From an uncultured Prevotellaceae bacterium (GTDB lineage: Bacteria; Bacteroidota; Bacteroidia; Bacteroidales; Muribaculaceae): a DNA stretch of 64,000 bases. Position 1 is the stretch's first letter. Each line of letters begins with the position of its first letter. The notes below the pieces were generated by a model. The model was not told the DNA's origin, ran no database searches, and worked only from the letters and a program-made list of their open reading frames with translations. The translations under genes and the position numbers were made by a program. The stretch is from assembly GCA_947167995.1 (NCBI GenBank), contig CAMVKS010000004.1, forward strand, positions 5,604 through 69,603. The letters run 5' to 3'. Positions 19,447 to 28,300 of the stretch are shown piece by piece.

Positions 19447-22400
19447 ATGAAGAAATATATACTTTTACTGGCAGCAGCCGTAGTAGCTGGTTTCTCGCTT
19501 CAGGCAAAGACTACCGATGAGTTCCGCATTTATCTGAATCCCGGTCATGGCAGCTATGGTGCCAACGACCGTCCAATGCCAACGATAGGACATCCCCACA
19601 CTGGCCAGCTCAATGCCGAGGGCACTACATGGATGGACACCGACACCCTGGGCTTCTATGAAGGACGTGGCACGCTGCCACGAGCTTTTGGAATTAAGGA
19701 TTATCTTAAATCGGTGGGGGTAAAAAGCGAGAACATCGTAATGAGCCGTGAGGCAAACGGACCATGGCCTTACACCACACCAAATAGCGACTATGACCCC
19801 AATCACATCTACAACAAAAACCTTGCCGACATCTGCGAGGAGGTAGAAGAGGGCAACTTCGACATGTTCATCTCGTCGCACTCCAATGCTGCTACCGACG
19901 GCACAAGCACCAATTATCCGCTGATTCTCTATCGCGGCTACGACACTGGCACCACTGGTCCTGCTGGTTACAACGGACCAGGTGTTGCCGGCAGCGACGA
20001 CATGGCACGCACCGTGTGGCCATTCCACCACATGGGCGAGATTGATCCACAGAGCCACTACAGCGCAACAAGCATGAACGTGCGTGGCGACATCAGCTTC
20101 TATGGCAGCTACAGCACTGCCACACGCAACAATGGCAAGCAGTACAGCGGCTACCTGGGCGTGCTCAAGCATGGCGTTCCAGGCTATCTGAACGAGGGCT
20201 TCTTCCACACCTATCAGCCAGCACGTCACCGCGCTCTGAACTTCGACTACGACCGTCTTGAGGGTATCCGCGAGGCTCGCGGTGTTGCCACCTACTGGGG
20301 TTTCAACCTCACAGGCAAGGGCGAGATTGCCGGTACCGTGAAGGACTTGCACGAGAAAATCGTTGACAACCTCTACAAGTATGCCTACGGCACCGACGAC
20401 CAGTGGCTGCCCATCAATGGCGCACAAGTAGTTCTCAAGAAGAACGGCACCGAGGTTGCTACCTACACCGTCGACAACGAGTGGAACGGATTCTTTGCTT
20501 TCTTCGACCTCGAACCAGGCAACTATACTCTTGAGGCTACCGCCCAGGGCTATAAGCTGCTCGATGAACCCATCGCAGCTACCGTTACCGCCAACAACAC
20601 CTGCTTCTCTTTCATCAAACTTGAGAACGAAAACTACGTTCCCGAGGAGGAAGTTTATGAGAACTATCCCGACCCAGCACAGCCCGCTTATCTCAAGCTT
20701 CCTGGCGAGATTGTCTTTGCTCAGGACGAGGGTACTACCTACGACGGCATACTGGGCAATGTGGCGCAAGCATTGCAGTATGGCGACTCAACTATCGTTC
20801 TCTCGCACGAGGGCAAGCTTGCTCACCTCTACCTTGTTGACAACAACACCAAGCAGGTAGTCAAGGAGCTCAGCACCGAGGGCATCTTCAGCATGGACCA
20901 GCCCAACTTCTACAACCAGATTGGTGCTATCGCTCTGAGTGCCGACCACAAGCTCGTGGGTGTGAGCGCAGTGCGCACCAGCTTCAACAACGACTACACC
21001 GATGGCTACCCACGCGGAACAATGTATGCTTACTACTGGAACGACTTTGACGCAACTCCTACCGAGTGGTTCACGAGTCAGTACTCTTCTAACTTCTACA
21101 GGGCCGACGCCGGATTAGGTCTCGCAGTGAGTGGCCCCGTCAAGGAGGCTGTGGTTTGCGTTCCTATTGCTACTAATAGTACCTCTACACGTGGCGTGCG
21201 GCCTGCATTCTTCGTTATTTCCGAAGGCAATGTAGTAAGCACCAGCCGTGCCAACGCCAATAACACTATCACTCTGGTAGAACTTGGTGACCCATTGGCT
21301 ACCGAAGGCAACTTCGGCAATTATGACGTTGCCAACTATGGTACAATCAAGGTGGCAGTATCGCCATTCAACGACCATGCTTTCATCATTGGTGGCTCAA
21401 AATCTGGCAAGCTCTATGAGTTCCCAGTTACTACCGACGGTGGCATTCCCGATTGCAACGTGTTTAATGCCGATACCGAGCTGCTTGGCAACGGCATGCA
21501 AATCTTCAAGTATGCAGGTCACAAGCTCTTGGTTGCTCCTTACGGAACCAAGAACGACGTGAAGGGCATCAAGGTTTATGACATCACCGATGGCCTGGCA
21601 AATGCTAAGCTCGTGAACACAGTCAATACTGACATCAACACAGATAAGGCTATCACTGCCAACACCGCCGACTTCGCATGGGCCGGTGCTAAGGTCATTG
21701 GTGAGGACATCCACGCTTATCTCGCTGGAAGCGACGCCAACATCGTGAAATTTGCTACCGACGGCGTTGAGCAACCAGTGGTTAAGGGTATCTACGCCTA
21801 CGACCTGAACTACAACCTCGAAGGCGACAACTACACCTTCACTTTCAAGGCTAACGACAATGCCAATGAGGGTTACATCACCTTCCGCGATGTCGACACC
21901 AACGAGGTTCTTGCTACATTCCCACTTTCTAACGTTGTGACTGGTGCCAACGAAATCACCATTCCAGTAGCTGACCTTCCCTCTGTTCCCGATGGTGAGC
22001 AAGGTTGCATCAAGATGCATTGGGAAATCACTCTCGTGGGCGACCCAATCGCACGCATCAACAAGCTTAACAATCCCGATGACTTCACATTTAGCCGCAT
22101 TGGTAATGCTGTTGACGACAATCCCGAGAGTCCTTACTTCGGACGCTTCTACCTCGTTAACCGCATCGGCTCAAGCAACACCAGCAATGCTATCTATGCC
22201 TACACTCCCGAATGGCAACAGATTGGTGGCCCAATCAGCGGTGAGTACACCCTTGGCAACCCATTCCGTCTGGATATCGACCAGAATGGTACTGTTTACC
22301 TTGCCAACTGGGCCGACGGTGCTCGCTCGGGTGTGTTCAAGCTCAATCCCGAGACATTGAGCGGCGACCTTGAGCCATTCTTTATTGGCTCTCACGCCAG

Positions 22401-23283
22401 TGATGGTACTATCACCAACGACGCTGGTCAGATGATGTGTACTTCCACTCCTTCGGTATTCGTTACAGGCACAGGTGCCAACACTCACATGTATTGCCAC
22501 CTTGAGGATGCCAACAACGACATCTCTCAATACAACATTGGTAACGAGGATGGCACAATCATGGAGAACTGGACCGAAGCACCAACCCGCATGTGGGGCA
22601 TTGGCGCTAAGCTCATCAGTACTCATGCAGCAGTGATTGGCGAGACTGAGGATGGTGGTATCTGGGTAGTTCAGAACCGCAGCGCCGGCAACAACAACTC
22701 AAGTGTACCTTCTATCATCTATGTAAACCCAGAGGGACAAATTGTTTATAATAGTGGTGACGTCGACAACCCAATCCACGAGCACCTCACTGGTACTCAA
22801 TACTGCGCAGGTGCTATCAGCGCCGACGGTACCGAGCTTGTTGTTAACCAACCCGACGGAACTCTCAAGTTCTTTGAGATTCAATATGGCAGCGATGGCG
22901 TTCCCGCTTTGAACTACAAGTATGAATACAAGCACGGTGTAGGCAACCTGGTTACTCAAATCAACTATGACTACGCTGGTAACCTGTTCGTTTCGGCCGG
23001 CAAGCTGGCTATCCTGTCAATGCCTACCGAGAACAACACCCACACTACTCCTGCCAAGAGCGAATATATCGTGATGACTGGCGAGGAGCAGCAAGTTATT
23101 CCAGGCGACGTGAACGGCGACGGTGATGTGAACTCAGTGGACATCACTATCCTCTACAACTACCTCCTCAATGGTGACACCGAGGGCATGGTCAACGGCG
23201 ACCAGAGTGGCGACGGTGAAATCACCTCGGTAGATATTACAACTGTTTACAACGTAATCCTCGGCAGTAAGAAAAGAAAATAA
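19447..23283 (+). CDS. Large secreted N-acetylmuramoyl-L-alanine amidase (Amidase_3-like) with C-terminal dockerin
   Basis: YLNPGHG, FYEG, ISSHSNA and LNEGFFH metal/catalytic motifs; carboxypeptidase-regulatory-like Ig segment; terminal GDVNGDGDVNSVDITILYNYLL...GDQSGDGEITSVDITTVYNVIL. Confidence 0.85.
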   Translation: MKKYILLLAAAVVAGFSLQAKTTDEFRIYLNPGHGSYGANDRPMPTIGHPHTGQLNAEGTTWMDTDTLGFYEGRGTLPRAFGIKDYLKSVGVKSENIVMSREANGPWPYTTPNSDYDPNHIYNKNLADICEEVEEGNFDMFISSHSNAATDGTSTNYPLILYRGYDTGTTGPAGYNGPGVAGSDDMARTVWPFHHMGEIDPQSHYSATSMNVRGDISFYGSYSTATRNNGKQYSGYLGVLKHGVPGYLNEGFFHTYQPARHRALNFDYDRLEGIREARGVATYWGFNLTGKGEIAGTVKDLHEKIVDNLYKYAYGTDDQWLPINGAQVVLKKNGTEVATYTVDNEWNGFFAFFDLEPGNYTLEATAQGYKLLDEPIAATVTANNTCFSFIKLENENYVPEEEVYENYPDPAQPAYLKLPGEIVFAQDEGTTYDGILGNVAQALQYGDSTIVLSHEGKLAHLYLVDNNTKQVVKELSTEGIFSMDQPNFYNQIGAIALSADHKLVGVSAVRTSFNNDYTDGYPRGTMYAYYWNDFDATPTEWFTSQYSSNFYRADAGLGLAVSGPVKEAVVCVPIATNSTSTRGVRPAFFVISEGNVVSTSRANANNTITLVELGDPLATEGNFGNYDVANYGTIKVAVSPFNDHAFIIGGSKSGKLYEFPVTTDGGIPDCNVFNADTELLGNGMQIFKYAGHKLLVAPYGTKNDVKGIKVYDITDGLANAKLVNTVNTDINTDKAITANTADFAWAGAKVIGEDIHAYLAGSDANIVKFATDGVEQPVVKGIYAYDLNYNLEGDNYTFTFKANDNANEGYITFRDVDTNEVLATFPLSNVVTGANEITIPVADLPSVPDGEQGCIKMHWEITLVGDPIARINKLNNPDDFTFSRIGNAVDDNPESPYFGRFYLVNRIGSSNTSNAIYAYTPEWQQIGGPISGEYTLGNPFRLDIDQNGTVYLANWADGARSGVFKLNPETLSGDLEPFFIGSHASDGTITNDAGQMMCTSTPSVFVTGTGANTHMYCHLEDANNDISQYNIGNEDGTIMENWTEAPTRMWGIGAKLISTHAAVIGETEDGGIWVVQNRSAGNNNSSVPSIIYVNPEGQIVYNSGDVDNPIHEHLTGTQYCAGAISADGTELVVNQPDGTLKFFEIQYGSDGVPALNYKYEYKHGVGNLVTQINYDYAGNLFVSAGKLAILSMPTENNTHTTPAKSEYIVMTGEEQQVIPGDVNGDGDVNSVDITILYNYLLNGDTEGMVNGDQSGDGEITSVDITTVYNVILGSKKRK

Positions 23284-23305
23284 CTATCGAAAACTGCTGA
23301 ATAAG

Positions 23306-23341
23306 AAAAAGATGCTGTGCAAATGCGCAGCATCTTTTTTT
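23306..23341. terminator. Bidirectional intrinsic terminator
   Basis: AAAAAGATGCTGTGCA / TGCGCAGCATCTTTTT with A and T tracts on both sides. Confidence 0.85.
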
Positions 23342-23425
23342 AGTAGAAGCCTTAAAGTGTTAATTCTTGATGTCCAGCAAAATGCTTTAGGAACAAGGCG
23401 TGCATCCACCCCAAGTGAACCCATC

Positions 23426-23472
23426 AGCCGCAACGCGGCTTCATTTAACACTTACTACCTATAACTTAATAT
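23426..23472. repeat. Small AGCCGC/GCGGCT hairpin plus TTAACAC-type heptamers (family A)
   Basis: TTAACAC TTACTAC CTATAAC TTAATAT at 23445-23472. Confidence 0.65.
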
Positions 23473-24008
23473 TCAATGCCCATCAACTTCAATGCACGGT
23501 CAAAGAGCAGCCTGTGCATCTTTCCCAAGCCTTCGCCTTCAGGTTGCGCGTTATGACCATGACTTGATACCGATCGGCCGTCGGCAAGTCTTGCGCTGAA
23601 CCACCACGCATACCCGTCAAGGGGCTGTATCGCTGGCTCATAGCTCACGCCGTAGTCCAGCATGTTCTCGGCCTCGATTATAGCCAAAGCCTCCTTGAGA
23701 AGCTGCTCACCATCTTCGAGGACATATTCTGTCTCTTCACTGGTTGTGCCCTTGGCCACGAGCACCACCTTGTCACCCTTTCGCTCCAGGCGCACCTCGG
23801 CCACGGGTTCTATCCTCATCGCCTGATAGTGATACTCCACCATGTCGAGGGCACACTTTTCGACATTGCTGGTAGCCCTTTGTGGCTTAGTTCTCTCTCT
23901 CCGAGGCGTGGTGCGGCGTTTTCTTGCCTTTGCCTCAACAGCAATTGTGCCGCCAAGCAAAGCCAGCACAATCACCACCAAAATAAATCTATAATGCTTC
24001 ATAATCAA
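23466..24008 (-). CDS. Secreted hypothetical protein
   Basis: Signal peptide, Arg-rich linker, -7 box TATATTTG at 24042-24049; no family recognised. Confidence 0.75.
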   Translation of the reverse strand: MIMKHYRFILVVIVLALLGGTIAVEAKARKRRTTPRRERTKPQRATSNVEKCALDMVEYHYQAMRIEPVAEVRLERKGDKVVLVAKGTTSEETEYVLEDGEQLLKEALAIIEAENMLDYGVSYEPAIQPLDGYAWWFSARLADGRSVSSHGHNAQPEGEGLGKMHRLLFDRALKLMGIEY

Positions 24009-24192
24009 TTAGGTTTTAGCGGGTGAAAAAAATCACAGTTGCAAATATAACACCTTTTCTTTTAAAAAACAAAACACTTTTAAAAACCATTTTTTGTGAT
24101 GACTGAGCTTGGAAAAACTTTTTTCACCATCAAAAGGAAACATTCTCCCCCTCTTTGCGTTTATATATACAGGAAATAAAGAATTATTTGAC

Positions 24193-25665
24193 ATGAAACA
24201 CTTTCTACTCACTGCTTGGTGCTTGCTGATGTTGATGGTGGCGCCAAGTGTAAACGCGACAACTATGCACAGTAACGACAACTATAAAATCATGGTCATC
24301 AGCGACCCGCACTTGCTGTCACCTTCACTATACGACGATGGCAATGCGGCGCGGCAGCTCGACAAGAGCGATATGAAGATGGTGATTCAAAGCGATTACA
24401 TCATGCACTCGCTGATCGACGAAATCATAAAGGCTAAACCGCAACTGCTGCTCATCACAGGCGACCTCACTTTCAACGGTGAGAGGGCAAGTCATGAGCG
24501 GCTGGTCGAGCATTTGCAGCGACTTGAGCAGGCTGGGGTGCGCACCTTCGTTATCCCAGGCAACCACGACGTGATGTGCCCTTACAGTAAGCAATACAAG
24601 GGTGATGAGTCTAAGGCTGTTGCCAATGTCACTAGCGAGGATTTTGCCGCGATTTACGCTAATTATGGCTACGGCAACGACTCAAATCGTGACCCTAACT
24701 CTCTGAGTTACATTTGTGAGCCAGTTCCTGGACTGATGCTACTAGGCATCGACAGCAACATTTATGCAGCGAGTCGTGATGAAGAAGTTGTGTATCACAC
24801 CGACGGCACCGTTAAACCCGAGACTATAGAGTGGGTAAAGCAGCAGCTCGCTCAAGCCAAGCAGTCTGGTAAGCGAGTGATAGCTATGATGCACCACCAT
24901 CTGGTGGAGCACATCGATGGTGAAGCACTATTGTTGCCTAACTACATAGCATCTAACCACGACGAGGTGGCACAAGTGCTGCGTGATGGTGGAGTGAAAG
25001 TCGTTTTCACCGGTCATCTTCACATCACAGACGCAGCCACCGAGGATGGAATTACCGATGTTTCGACTGGTTCGGCGTCGACCTATCCCATTGCCATGCG
25101 TACGGCGACTTTTGACTCATCGCACGCCTCATTGAGTATCGATACTCGCATCTTTGACAGCCCCAGTAACTGTGTTCTCAGTCAGGGCCGTGCCAAGATT
25201 GAAAACAGTGCGCCAGCTTTGGCAGGCATCATCTCACGACGACTGTGGGACAAAATCAGCCCACGACTGGAACAGATGAAAGAATTGTTTGCCGAGGAAG
25301 GTGTCGATGTTTCGAAGGTGCCCAACAATGCTGTCGAGCTGTCGGCTTTGCTATTGAGACATCTGCAACAGCCTCTCACTCAAAGCCTCTTGATGGTAGA
25401 GTGCGGAGGTGAGGACCCCAACCAGGCCGCCGCTATCATCGAAGCTGTGAAACAAGGACTGCACGGCATGGTGGCCGACATCTTCCCCGACAATGCCGAC
25501 GAGATAACCGATTTCTTGATTGAGAACGCTATGCCACGAGTGGAACCAATGCTGCGCAGCGCGCTGGAAGACATCAACCAGGTGGGCACTCCACAGCAAT
25601 CCCACACCCACGACCATAGTCTAAGGATTAGACTTGTCGACCAACACCTCTCTACGGAGCTATAA
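24193..25665 (+). CDS. Secreted calcineurin-like metallophosphoesterase
   Basis: SDPH, TGDLT, PGNHD, HH and GHLH motifs; start moved to MKHFLL (signal peptide); last codons lie inside the repeat array. Confidence 0.9.
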   Translation: MKHFLLTAWCLLMLMVAPSVNATTMHSNDNYKIMVISDPHLLSPSLYDDGNAARQLDKSDMKMVIQSDYIMHSLIDEIIKAKPQLLLITGDLTFNGERASHERLVEHLQRLEQAGVRTFVIPGNHDVMCPYSKQYKGDESKAVANVTSEDFAAIYANYGYGNDSNRDPNSLSYICEPVPGLMLLGIDSNIYAASRDEEVVYHTDGTVKPETIEWVKQQLAQAKQSGKRVIAMMHHHLVEHIDGEALLLPNYIASNHDEVAQVLRDGGVKVVFTGHLHITDAATEDGITDVSTGSASTYPIAMRTATFDSSHASLSIDTRIFDSPSNCVLSQGRAKIENSAPALAGIISRRLWDKISPRLEQMKELFAEEGVDVSKVPNNAVELSALLLRHLQQPLTQSLLMVECGGEDPNQAAAIIEAVKQGLHGMVADIFPDNADEITDFLIENAMPRVEPMLRSALEDINQVGTPQQSHTHDHSLRIRLVDQHLSTEL

Positions 25666-26221
25666 TCTACGGAGTCTTGGAGTAATGGAGTTGAAAAATA
25701 AAACTCCTTGGACTCCGTAGACTTTGAGTGGTGTTCAGCTTCAACATCTAATCACCTACAACTCTCTACGGAACTATATTCTACGGAGTCTTGGAGTAAT
25801 GGAGTTGACAATAAAAACTCCTTGGACTCCGTAGACTTTGAGTGGTGTTCAGCTTCAACATCTAATCACCTACAACTCTCTACGGAACTATATTCTACGG
25901 AGTCTTGGAGTAATGGAGTTGAAAAATAAAACTCCTTGGACTCCGTAGACTTTGAGTGGTGTTCAGCTTCAACATCTAATCACCTACAACTCTCTACGGA
26001 ACTATATTCTACGGAGTCTTGGAGTAATGGAGTTGACAATAAAAACTCCTTGGACTCCGTAGACTTTGAGTGGTGTTCAGCTTCAACATCTAATCACCTA
26101 CAACTCTCTACGGAACTATATTCTACGGAGTCTTGGAGTAATGGAGTTGACAATAAAAACTCCTTGGACTCCATGACTCCGTAGACTTTGAGAGGTGAAC
26201 TCAGTAGACTTCAAATCACCT
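25644..26221 (+). repeat. Tandem array of a 114-bp palindromic unit (4 full units plus partial ends)
   Basis: TTGGACTCC recurs at 25708, 25822, 25936, 26050, 26164 (period 114); internal units differ only at GAAAAATAAAA vs GACAATAAAAA. Confidence 0.98.
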
Positions 26222-28018
26222 TAGAATAAGCTCGTAAAGCAGGGTTATATCGGCGGCCGTGAAGTATCCGTCGCCATCGACATCTATATAATAGATTTCA
26301 CCATCACTGAGAAAGTAGTCGTACATGGCAGTGAGATCGGCAGCAGTCAATACTCCATCCTTGTTGATATCGGCTCCACTACCCCACTTGCTGTCCAGCC
26401 AAGAAACCTTTTTAGATATCAAATCAAGATACTGCTGAGGCTTCTCGGGACCATGACTGCTGGCATATAAGGGCCAGCGCAGATAGTCATGAAACTCGGC
26501 TTGTGAAATCATCTCTCTCCACCGCCATGCATGCCTGATGACCTGGTCGAGAATGTGATTGTCGCAGAACTCACGCCACACAAGCCTCACCTCGTGCTGG
26601 AATCGTGGAAACTTGATTATCTCTTTTATCCACAAGAACGGATAATGCGTGCCGTAGTCATAGATGAAATGGTCGCCAGTGGTTTTGTCTTGAAAATAGC
26701 TATTGTCAAAGTCCCATACAGGGCCAAATTTCAGGGGTTCGTCGCCCAAGTCCTTATACAGATACAGGCTGCCCGAGAACGACTCCACATTCTCCAATAT
26801 CTCGTGAATGACATAGAAACGTGCCAGGGTGTGGATGTCGAGCAGACTTTCCCAGCCGCGGTCGCTCTTGTTTGACACATAGACGCAGCTGTCGGCACGA
26901 AACAGCAGGTTGTGGATGTAAGAGCGCTGAACAGACGATAACTGCTCGGGCGATTGAGCTATAAAAGTAAACAGAGGATTGGCTGGGTCATTGTTCTGGT
27001 GTTGCTCTATCACCTTCACGCCGTCATTGGCAAGCTCAAGCAGCCAGCCACCTGTCACATTCTCGGGGATGGTCTCCATGTCGGCTTGCTCCATGATGTC
27101 GACACGGCCACTCTCCACACGTATTTTCTCGCACAGGAAGTACAGTCCCTGATACTCCCCGTTGAGAACCAGCTCCACCGGCACCTCGGTTGGGGTGTAG
27201 GGCATGTTGAGCAGCCGGCTCAGGGTGAATCCTGTGGTGTTGCGCAGATAGCCGCTATAATCCTCGTTGTGTGCCAAGAGCACAAAATGCCGGCTCTTCT
27301 CAAGGCCTAAGGGAGACTGTTTAGATGCAAATTTCAGTCTATAGGGCTTTTTGTCGGAATGCAACCAAGTCCAGTGTCCACGACCTTTCACCTCAATGTC
27401 GAGAGGCTCATCCTCGCTGCCAAGCGATGAAAACCCGTCGTCAATCCACAACGTGCCGCCGATGTAATATTCTTTACTCGAGATTGTTGCCGAGTTCTGT
27501 GTGTTGAGATACACCACTGGCAGAGTGCCCGAAACGGTCACCGTGTAGCTGAAGTCGGGGCGCCAATAACCATCGCTCAGCTGTGCGTCGTTCAATGGGT
27601 AGTAAATCCATTTATCCGACTTGTTCCAGTCGATAAACATTTTCGATTTGAGACTTGTGCGTCTCAACTGTTCATCACATGCCTCGCTCAAGCTATCGAG
27701 AAACATGCTCAAGCGTGTGTAATAAGTGCCCGACGGCACATCGGCATCCACAAAGGTGAAATAACTCAATCCGTAAAGAGGGCTATCGATAGTGGCTTTC
27801 CACCAACCGCCCTTCACATCCTGAGTCATGTCGTAAACTCTGGTAAATTCATTGGTCACATTGCCCACAACCATCTTCACATGCGAGTACTTGACCTTGC
27901 TGTTGTCGAAATAATAGTCACCCTGTGCGACATCAAGCGCGAGCATGTCAAGGGTGCCCACACTCATCAGTGCAAGCATCAGCACAAGACCTACCTTTAT
28001 GTTCACAGGATGTTTCAT
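26216..28018 (-). CDS. CotH-family secreted kinase with C-terminal dockerin (copy 1)
   Basis: KGRGHWTW...KKPYRLKF, LYFLCEKI, GPVWDFDNS; terminal DINKDGVLTAADL / DVDGDGYFTAADITLLY. Confidence 0.9.
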   Translation of the reverse strand: MKHPVNIKVGLVLMLALMSVGTLDMLALDVAQGDYYFDNSKVKYSHVKMVVGNVTNEFTRVYDMTQDVKGGWWKATIDSPLYGLSYFTFVDADVPSGTYYTRLSMFLDSLSEACDEQLRRTSLKSKMFIDWNKSDKWIYYPLNDAQLSDGYWRPDFSYTVTVSGTLPVVYLNTQNSATISSKEYYIGGTLWIDDGFSSLGSEDEPLDIEVKGRGHWTWLHSDKKPYRLKFASKQSPLGLEKSRHFVLLAHNEDYSGYLRNTTGFTLSRLLNMPYTPTEVPVELVLNGEYQGLYFLCEKIRVESGRVDIMEQADMETIPENVTGGWLLELANDGVKVIEQHQNNDPANPLFTFIAQSPEQLSSVQRSYIHNLLFRADSCVYVSNKSDRGWESLLDIHTLARFYVIHEILENVESFSGSLYLYKDLGDEPLKFGPVWDFDNSYFQDKTTGDHFIYDYGTHYPFLWIKEIIKFPRFQHEVRLVWREFCDNHILDQVIRHAWRWREMISQAEFHDYLRWPLYASSHGPEKPQQYLDLISKKVSWLDSKWGSGADINKDGVLTAADLTAMYDYFLSDGEIYYIDVDGDGYFTAADITLLYELILR

Positions 28019-28025
28019 CGCCTTG

Positions 28026-28033
28026 CAAAGATA
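28026..28033 (-). promoter_or_regulatory. Bacteroidota -7 box for CotH copy 1
   Basis: TATCTTTG on the - strand, 8 nt from the annotated ATG. Confidence 0.55.
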
Positions 28034-28265
28034 GTGTTCCCCCTTTTATTATAAACTCATAGATAATCAAATTATTGCCACTTCCTCTATTTTGGAGAGG
28101 TCTCTCAAGACTCCAAGACACCTAAACTCCATAGAAGTTTTATTCAAGGCGCAGAGCATTGTAATTACATGGCAATTTGTGTGAAACTTCTTCCTGCAGG
28201 GGGGTGTTTTGATTAGTTTAAGTTGGTGAGCTTACTCAAAATTTGAAAACCTGCGAGATTTTGTG

Positions 28266-28273
28266 TACTTTTG
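28266..28273 (+). promoter_or_regulatory. Bacteroidota -7 box for the C69 dipeptidase
   Basis: TACTTTTG 28 nt upstream of the ATG. Confidence 0.6.
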
Positions 28274-28300
28274 CAGTGCTTTTAAAAGAAAAATGCTACT

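Noticed and set aside
25708-26184. 38-aa repeat-protein ORFs (DSVDFEWCSAST...)
   Set aside because: TTG starts, an in-frame stop in the GAAAAATAA unit variant, and a length divisible by 3 that trivially yields repeated peptides; the DNA symmetry explains the sequence better.
25644-26221. CRISPR array
   Set aside because: Units are 114 bp and essentially identical, with no unique spacers, and no cas genes are in the window.
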